DNA from: an uncultured virus (IMG/VR IMGVR_UViG_3300027832_001134)
Taxonomy: Duplodnaviria > Heunggongvirae > Uroviricota > Caudoviricetes
Virus record (IMG/VR): IMGVR_UViG_3300027832_001134
DNA length: 20,000 nucleotides
Strand: one strand, 5' to 3'
Below are positions 14,656 to 20,000 of the stretch, piece after piece. The notes beneath the pieces are model-generated. The model was not told the origin of the DNA, ran no database searches, and saw nothing but the letters and a program-made list of their open reading frames with translations. Numbering within the stretch: the first letter of the stretch is position 1; each line of letters starts with the position of its first letter. Both the position numbers and the translations under genes were made by a program.

Positions 14656-15422
14656 CCCTGCAGCCCCCAGCAGCGCTCGGCCCATGGGCAGAAACGGCAC
14701 TCGAAGAAATCGCGGTTCTGTGCGATGCGCGGCAGCAACTCGCCGGCATCGGTGGCCCGCAGGATCCGCACCGCCCGGTCGGACATCCGCTGCGCCAAAT
14801 CTGCATCGAAGGGCACCAGCTCATGGTGCATCTCAGCCGTGTCCTTGTTGATGGCAGTGAACACGGCCGGTGCGGCGCTGATGCCGGGCACGCTGGCTTC
14901 CATATAGGCCTGATAAAGTGCTATCTGCGCGGCATAGACCGGCTTGGCGATGGTGACGCCGTCCTTGACGCAAAGGCGCCAGTTCTTCGCGTTCATCGTC
15001 TTACATTCCCAGAGTGCGGGAATGGCCAGCTCCAGGCCCTCGGGGCCCGCAGCAATGATACCGTCCACGTGGCCCCGCACCCGACCACCGGCGGCCGAGA
15101 AACCAAACTGGCCACCATCCGGCCGGTTGCCCTTCCGCGTATAGAGATCGAAGCCCGCGCCGCGCAGCCAGGCCACCGCCAGGTCCTCAAGCGCGTGGCC
15201 AATGGCGAAGATGCGCAGCAGTTGCCCGGAAAACCCTTGCCCCTCGTCCTTGGGCGCATGCGTGAATTCGAACTGCAAAGCCCTCTCGCAGGCATGACCG
15301 AGCCGCGAGCCGCCGAGATAATCACGCGGAACGCGTTCAGCGTTTTCCGTGGTCAAGGCTGCATCGACTGCGGCGTTCACCTTCTCGGAGAAGCTGGGCC
15401 TGTGATTGTAATCCAGCGTCAA
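14652..15422 (-). CDS. Cas4/AddB-like PD-(D/E)XK exonuclease with Fe-S cysteines
   Basis: YLGGSRLGHACER (one Cys), GHVDGII, WECKT, QIALYQ and ECRFCPWAERC (three Cys); TTG start overlapping the upstream TGA. Confidence 0.85.
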   Translation of the reverse strand: MTLDYNHRPSFSEKVNAAVDAALTTENAERVPRDYLGGSRLGHACERALQFEFTHAPKDEGQGFSGQLLRIFAIGHALEDLAVAWLRGAGFDLYTRKGNRPDGGQFGFSAAGGRVRGHVDGIIAAGPEGLELAIPALWECKTMNAKNWRLCVKDGVTIAKPVYAAQIALYQAYMEASVPGISAAPAVFTAINKDTAEMHHELVPFDADLAQRMSDRAVRILRATDAGELLPRIAQNRDFFECRFCPWAERCWGLQG

Positions 15423-15829
15423 AACGGCACCTCCGGGCTTTTCGTCTTTGCGATGTCAGCCATCGCCTCGCGAAAGCCCTCGACGGCTTCCTCAATGACG
15501 GCGCGGACTTGGGGCTCCGACAAATCGGCAAAGCGGGTTTGCCAGCCGATCTCGTCCATCAGCAGCGCCAGCCGCTTCATGGTGGCAGTGACGGCGGCAC
15601 GTTCCTCGTCGGTCAGATCAACCATGGCTGAGGACCCCCGAGCCAATTGCCACCAGTAGTTTTGGCAGGGCATCGAGCAGAACCAGACCGATGGCCGGCG
15701 ATGCTTCGTGCGCGTAGGATCCGACCAGCCGAAGCCATGCGTCGGAGAACGGCAGACCGCGCAAAGCTGAAATCGCGGATGCCAGAGCGTCCGGCGCTGA
15801 TCTGCAGACAGGGAAATGTTGATTGTCAT
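15419..15829 (-). CDS. Zn-finger plus DUF6511-like protein
   Basis: CAVC...FCSMPCQ followed by MVDLTDEERAAV...IGWQTRFADLSEPQVRAVIEEAVEGFREAM...EVPF. Confidence 0.7.
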   Translation of the reverse strand: MTINISLSADQRRTLWHPRFQLCAVCRSPTHGFGWSDPTRTKHRRPSVWFCSMPCQNYWWQLARGSSAMVDLTDEERAAVTATMKRLALLMDEIGWQTRFADLSEPQVRAVIEEAVEGFREAMADIAKTKSPEVPF

Positions 15830-15832
15830 GGG

Positions 15833-17524
15833 TCATGCGGCCCTCCGCTGATCGGGGGCGACACTCATGACGAGGTGACGGATCGCCCGCTTGTTGAAGG
15901 TGAAAGTCATCAGCGCCGAGGCGTGATAGCGTGTCAGGCCATAGTCCTGCCGATAGGCGGGCGGCAGGTATTGCAGCTGCTTGTCCGTGGCGGCCTGTTT
16001 CAGCCAGCCGCGCGTTTTGAAGGCGCTTTCGTCGGTCTCGACCTCGTTCAGCCAATCATCGGCCTGCGCGAGGCAGACGGTCCGTTCGCCGATGCCCAGC
16101 AAGCGGGGGCTTTGGCCCTTTGCGCCGCCGACCGCATGCCAGCGCCCTTCCAGAAAGAAGATGCCGCCCCAGGCGTTGAACCCGTTGGCCATTAGCGCGT
16201 CATCGGCCCCAAAGAGATCGATCCAGGCGAAGCTTGATCGTTTCAGGAGGTCGATCTCCGTCATGATGAAGCCGGTCAACTCGGCGCGCCTCGACGCATC
16301 GGCCTCGCCGTCGTCATCAGCGCCAAGAACCTCGCCGCAGAGCGGGCATTCGAAACAGGCCAGAGGAATGTCAGCCCCACAGGCCGGGCACGCCTTGGTC
16401 GGGGCCTCGCCGGTCTCAGTCTTGCCATCAAGATCGACGTCCTGCTCCAGAGTGCCGTGGATCAGACTCGAGGTCCCAAAATCCAGCACGACGCAGTCAG
16501 TCTTGATGACGCCGGGGTGTTCCTCCGGATCAATGGTACGCAGCCCGCGCCCCACCATCTGGATCATGGTGGATTTGTAGGAACTGGGCCGCAACAGCAC
16601 GACGCAGGAGGTCGGCGGGTGATCCCAACCTTCGGTCAGCACCGCCACGTTGACGATGATGCGAATATCCCCGGCGGTATAGGCAGCGAGAATCTGGCGG
16701 CGCGCTTCACTCGGCAGATCGCCATGAATCAGCCCGGATGCCACATCTGCGGCGTTGAATGCCTCCGTGACATGGGCGGCGTGGGCGACGGTGGAACAGA
16801 ACACCACGGTTTGACGATCACCCGCTTTCTCCTTCCAGTGCCGGATGACCTCGTCGGTGACCGGCGCGCGGTCCATGATCGACGCGACCTCAGCCATGTC
16901 GAAATCCGCCAGCGTCTTGCGCACAGCGCGCAGCTTGTCCTGCACACCAACATCGATCACGAAAGTGCGCGGCGGGACCAGATGCCCAGAGACGATCAAC
17001 TCCCCCAGACGCACCTGGTCGGCGACATTATCGAACACTTCGCGCAGACCCTTCTTGTCGCCACGGTTCGGGGTGGCTGTGACGCCGAAGATGCGGGCGT
17101 CAGGATTGGCATTGCGGACTTGGTCGATAATGCGGCGGTAGCTTGCCGCCACCGCATGATGCGCCTCATCAATCACCAGCAGATCAAGCTGTGGCATGGC
17201 GGCGAGATTGCCGAGCCGGGCCAGCGTCGGCACCATTGCGAAGGTCACCTGACCGGCCCACGACTTGGCACTGGCATCGACCACCGACGTGGTCACGCCT
17301 GGATTGACCCGGGCAAACTTGCCCCGGTTCTGATCGGTCAGCTCATCGCGGTGGGCCAGCACGCAGGCCTTGGCAGCGCTGTCGCCGATCATCTCACCCG
17401 TGACCGCCGACAGCATGATCGTCTTGCCCGCACCGGTGGGTGCTATGCCCAGCGTGTTGTCGTGGGCGTCAAGCGCAGCAAGGCTGCGCTCGACGAAGGT
17501 TTTCTGACGAGGACGCAGTCGCAT
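15833..17524 (-). CDS. SF2 DEAH-box helicase with C-terminal Zn ribbon
   Basis: PTGAGKT, DEAHH, TATP, LTEGWD, QMVGRGLR and CPAC...CPLC; ATG 17524 with GGAG SD. Confidence 0.93.
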   Translation of the reverse strand: MRLRPRQKTFVERSLAALDAHDNTLGIAPTGAGKTIMLSAVTGEMIGDSAAKACVLAHRDELTDQNRGKFARVNPGVTTSVVDASAKSWAGQVTFAMVPTLARLGNLAAMPQLDLLVIDEAHHAVAASYRRIIDQVRNANPDARIFGVTATPNRGDKKGLREVFDNVADQVRLGELIVSGHLVPPRTFVIDVGVQDKLRAVRKTLADFDMAEVASIMDRAPVTDEVIRHWKEKAGDRQTVVFCSTVAHAAHVTEAFNAADVASGLIHGDLPSEARRQILAAYTAGDIRIIVNVAVLTEGWDHPPTSCVVLLRPSSYKSTMIQMVGRGLRTIDPEEHPGVIKTDCVVLDFGTSSLIHGTLEQDVDLDGKTETGEAPTKACPACGADIPLACFECPLCGEVLGADDDGEADASRRAELTGFIMTEIDLLKRSSFAWIDLFGADDALMANGFNAWGGIFFLEGRWHAVGGAKGQSPRLLGIGERTVCLAQADDWLNEVETDESAFKTRGWLKQAATDKQLQYLPPAYRQDYGLTRYHASALMTFTFNKRAIRHLVMSVAPDQRRAA

Positions 17525-17535
17525 GATCGCTCCCC

Positions 17536-18180
17536 TCACTCGGCCCAGCTGGGACGCCCGGAAAAGCCGGGTGTCGCAGGGGTTTGCGCTGTCTGCGTTT
17601 GCGGGGCGGGCTCGGTGGAGACCTGAGCCGGGGCATTCAGCACCGAGGGTTGGCCGTATTCCTGCATCGGAGCTGCCCCGCCATGCCCCATCAGCTGAGC
17701 ATAATCGCGGTGGCTGGGTGTGACGGCTGAGCGGACCTCGTTCTTGTCTTCGCCATTGGTATCGGAACCGATATCCATCCGCGCGATGAATTCGATCCCG
17801 TCCAACTCAGCAAAACCGCTGATCCGGCGTTTGGCCTGTGCCTGCGCCGAGTTGTCCTTGTCATCAAGCCCACGCGCCGAGTTCAGGATGCCCTTGACCA
17901 GGCCGCGCCCTGCGTTGCCCCAATCCGGGCCCTTCGGGCTGAAGAGCCCGATCAGCGACCAGATCTTGCGTTTAGCGTATGGCCCCTCGACAACGGTATA
18001 TTCGGCGTCGAGATAGACAGCGCCGGTAGCGCCGCGTTTGGCATAGCCGCCGGTCCAACCCTGCGACGGATCGTCAAAGCCTCCAGGACGGATGGTCAGA
18101 CGCACCTTGGCCAGTGTGCCCTTCGGAATGACGGTGCCGTTGCTTTGCGCGGAGTTGAAATCGTTCCAGAGTCCGGTCAT
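17536..18180 (-). CDS. Putative single-stranded DNA-binding protein
   Basis: VIPKGTLAKVRLTI...YLDAEYTVVEGPYAKRKIW OB-fold-like core, P/Q/A-rich linker and RPSWAE tail; lies between the Sak4-like ATPase and the helicase. Confidence 0.65.
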   Translation of the reverse strand: MTGLWNDFNSAQSNGTVIPKGTLAKVRLTIRPGGFDDPSQGWTGGYAKRGATGAVYLDAEYTVVEGPYAKRKIWSLIGLFSPKGPDWGNAGRGLVKGILNSARGLDDKDNSAQAQAKRRISGFAELDGIEFIARMDIGSDTNGEDKNEVRSAVTPSHRDYAQLMGHGGAAPMQEYGQPSVLNAPAQVSTEPAPQTQTAQTPATPGFSGRPSWAE

Positions 18181-18193
18181 TGGATTTTTCCTT

Positions 18194-19075
18194 TCAATTG
18201 ACGTGGGAGGGGTTAGCGGCAGCCTCTGCAGGCTGGTCCTGAACTGCGGCCGCGTAGGTGAGACGCGCTGCTGCGGGGCGCACTGGGCCGTGAATCTTGG
18301 CCATCAACTGGCCCAGATGCGGCACTTCGATCATATCGAGCCGCCCGGAGCGGTCCTTGGCCGGAAAGCCGAACGGGTTCAGCGTCTGACAGACAAAGGC
18401 GCGTGCGGGCTGGCTATCGGCTCCGGCAATCTCGGCCATGGTGATCACCTGATCGACGATCCCTGGCAGCTCCAAGCCGGTCTTGGAGCCGTCGATCTGG
18501 GGCGAGAACACCTTGCGATTGAAGTCATCGAGCTTCTCGTCGAGTATCCCGACGAACCAGATGTTCTTGCCCCGGGTGTGCTGCAGATGCGTGAGCCAGG
18601 CGATCATTTCGCGGCCATGCAGCCCGTAAGCCCCCCGGACATCCGGCTTGCCGGTTTTTTCCGAGAACGCCTCAGGCTGGCCCTTGCACCATTGAAAGCA
18701 TAGCCGCCCGGCAACGGTGATCGAGTCGACGAACAGCGTCTCGTAGCGTTCCAGCACAGCAGGATTGCCGAACTTCTGGCAAACGGCGGCATGGTGCGCC
18801 GGGCTGTAGGCCTGATCGTCGCGCAGGCTCGGGTTCGGGCCGCCGATAAACACCGCGAAATCGCGGCAATCCATCCAGGTACGTGGCCGTATCGTGTCTC
18901 CCTGCCAGCCCTCAATGGCGAGATCGCCTGCCTCAAGATCCATGAACAGGGTTGTGGTGGCAGTCAGCGACCACAAAAGGCTGGTCTTGCCGATGCCAGA
19001 TTTGCCGAAGATGCAGCCCTTGATGCCGCGTGGTTCGGCCAGCCGCTGATCAGCGGTAATGATGGGGAGGCTCAT
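18194..19075 (-). CDS. AAA_24 / Sak4-like ATP-binding recombination protein
   Basis: GKSGIGKT Walker A, FMDLEAG, LFVDSIT Walker B and AKDRSGRL. Confidence 0.85.
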   Translation of the reverse strand: MSLPIITADQRLAEPRGIKGCIFGKSGIGKTSLLWSLTATTTLFMDLEAGDLAIEGWQGDTIRPRTWMDCRDFAVFIGGPNPSLRDDQAYSPAHHAAVCQKFGNPAVLERYETLFVDSITVAGRLCFQWCKGQPEAFSEKTGKPDVRGAYGLHGREMIAWLTHLQHTRGKNIWFVGILDEKLDDFNRKVFSPQIDGSKTGLELPGIVDQVITMAEIAGADSQPARAFVCQTLNPFGFPAKDRSGRLDMIEVPHLGQLMAKIHGPVRPAAARLTYAAAVQDQPAEAAANPSHVN

Positions 19076-19368
19076 TTCATGCCTCCCGCATTCAGTGCGG
19101 CAGCAACGGCAATATCGGTGCCGATGGCGCCTGCCTTACGTCCCAGTTCGTAAAGCTGTTTCAACGACGAGGACCGACGGATCACAGCCGAACATTCCTG
19201 ATCGGCAGCGACGATCGCGAAGGCGATATCGTCCAAAGTCGCCTTGTTGATCAGCACTGGCGGCTCTACCGGACGGCCCGAATGCTCCGGAAAGCAAAGG
19301 GCATCCGGGAGATCCTCAAGGCCGTAGTGCGTCTTTTTCAGACGTGCGAGAGCGTTTCCGGAAAACAT
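19072..19368 (-). CDS. Hypothetical phage protein (98 aa)
   Basis: Translationally coupled at both ends (TGATG and ATGA overlaps); GGAGG SD. Confidence 0.7.
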   Translation of the reverse strand: MFSGNALARLKKTHYGLEDLPDALCFPEHSGRPVEPPVLINKATLDDIAFAIVAADQECSAVIRRSSSLKQLYELGRKAGAIGTDIAVAAALNAGGMK

Positions 19369-19853
19369 CAGTTGTCCTCCTGATCAAGGGTGAGGGAGAA
19401 GGTCTGGCGACCGGTGCGCAGGGTCCGCGCACCTGCGAAGCCGTCGCGTATGGCGGGCGGCCAGGCGCTGAAGCGCCGTTCCGGCACCGAAAAGGTGATC
19501 TCGAGATAGTCGGTAGGGTTGTCGCCGCTGGCCCGGATCCGCTCAGCCATCGCGGCCAACGCCACTTGGTCCCATTCGACCCGCTTTGGCGCATCGGCGA
19601 TCACGGTGACTGAGCCGTCCTGAAAACGAACAGTGCCGCTGTCCTTGTTGGCGGCCAGACGCTCAGTCTGGGCACGGTGTTCGTATTTTTGAATGAGCGC
19701 ACCATTGAACCAGTCACGCAGCTGCTTGGCCTTGCGGAAATGCTCTTCGACTTCGGCTTGCAGTGGGGCGAGATCATCTGCGGGCAAAGCGATGATGGCA
19801 CCGATGGGTTGCTGATTCAGGTTATCGAGGGTGATGCGGTTGGGAATGTTCAT
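19368..19853 (-). CDS. Hypothetical phage protein (161 aa)
   Basis: Coiled-coil N-terminus, KDSGTVRF, PKRVEWDQ, VPERRFSAWP; GAGGGG SD; in operon order. Confidence 0.75.
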   Translation of the reverse strand: MNIPNRITLDNLNQQPIGAIIALPADDLAPLQAEVEEHFRKAKQLRDWFNGALIQKYEHRAQTERLAANKDSGTVRFQDGSVTVIADAPKRVEWDQVALAAMAERIRASGDNPTDYLEITFSVPERRFSAWPPAIRDGFAGARTLRTGRQTFSLTLDQEDN

Positions 19854-19863
19854 GATGATCCCC

Positions 19864-20000
19864 TCAAGCCGCAGGCTTTGACGAGATTTCAGCCGTGCTG
19901 TTGCGCAGCTGGCTATCCTCGTAGCCTTCGACGTCTTCCAGGCGGTAAACCACCCGGCCGCCGACTTTCATGAAACGAGGGCCCTCCCCCGTCCAACGCC
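19864..20000 (-). CDS. Excisionase/AlpA-like HTH DNA-binding protein (5' end outside window)
   Basis: Hand translation: RWTGEGPRFMKVGGRVVYRLEDVEGYEDSQLRNSTAEISSKPAA*, the typical GP.F.K.GGRV.Y...DV wing motif. Confidence 0.8.
   Translation of the reverse strand, partial: RWTGEGPRFMKVGGRVVYRLEDVEGYEDSQLRNSTAEISSKPAA

Noticed and set aside
14823..18703. Plus-strand ORFs such as 14823-15659, 16457-17626 and 18092-18703
   Set aside because: Antisense to clearly identified nuclease, helicase and ATPase genes.

Overview
GC-rich window lying entirely inside a lambda-like (cos-packaging) temperate phage or prophage, probably of an alphaproteobacterial host (host is inferred). Almost all genes are on the minus strand. 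Reading from the right end, the replication/recombination block is: excisionase-like HTH (partial), two hypotheticals, AAA_24/Sak4-like ATPase, SSB-like protein, SF2 helicase, Zn-finger/DUF6511-like protein, Cas4-like nuclease and a primase-helicase fusion. Next come an ori-like repeat region, a RuvC-like nuclease, a small ORF, a DUF6362-like putative late regulator and a lambda-like cos site. A ~4 kb accessory block follows: ParB-fused amino-methyltransferase, C5-cytosine methyltransferase, small membrane protein and a three-gene plus-strand cassette ending in DUF3489. The head genes complete the window: terS, terL (gpA), gpW, portal, ClpP-type protease/scaffold, decoration protein and major capsid (partial). 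The most striking observation is that the C5 methyltransferase locus is dual-coded over about 1.16 kb. One frame carries motifs I-VIII and X. The +1 frame, starting 4 nt later within ATGCATG, carries five W-P/M-T-P repeats and the missing motif IX. Family assignments come from motif recognition, not database searches.
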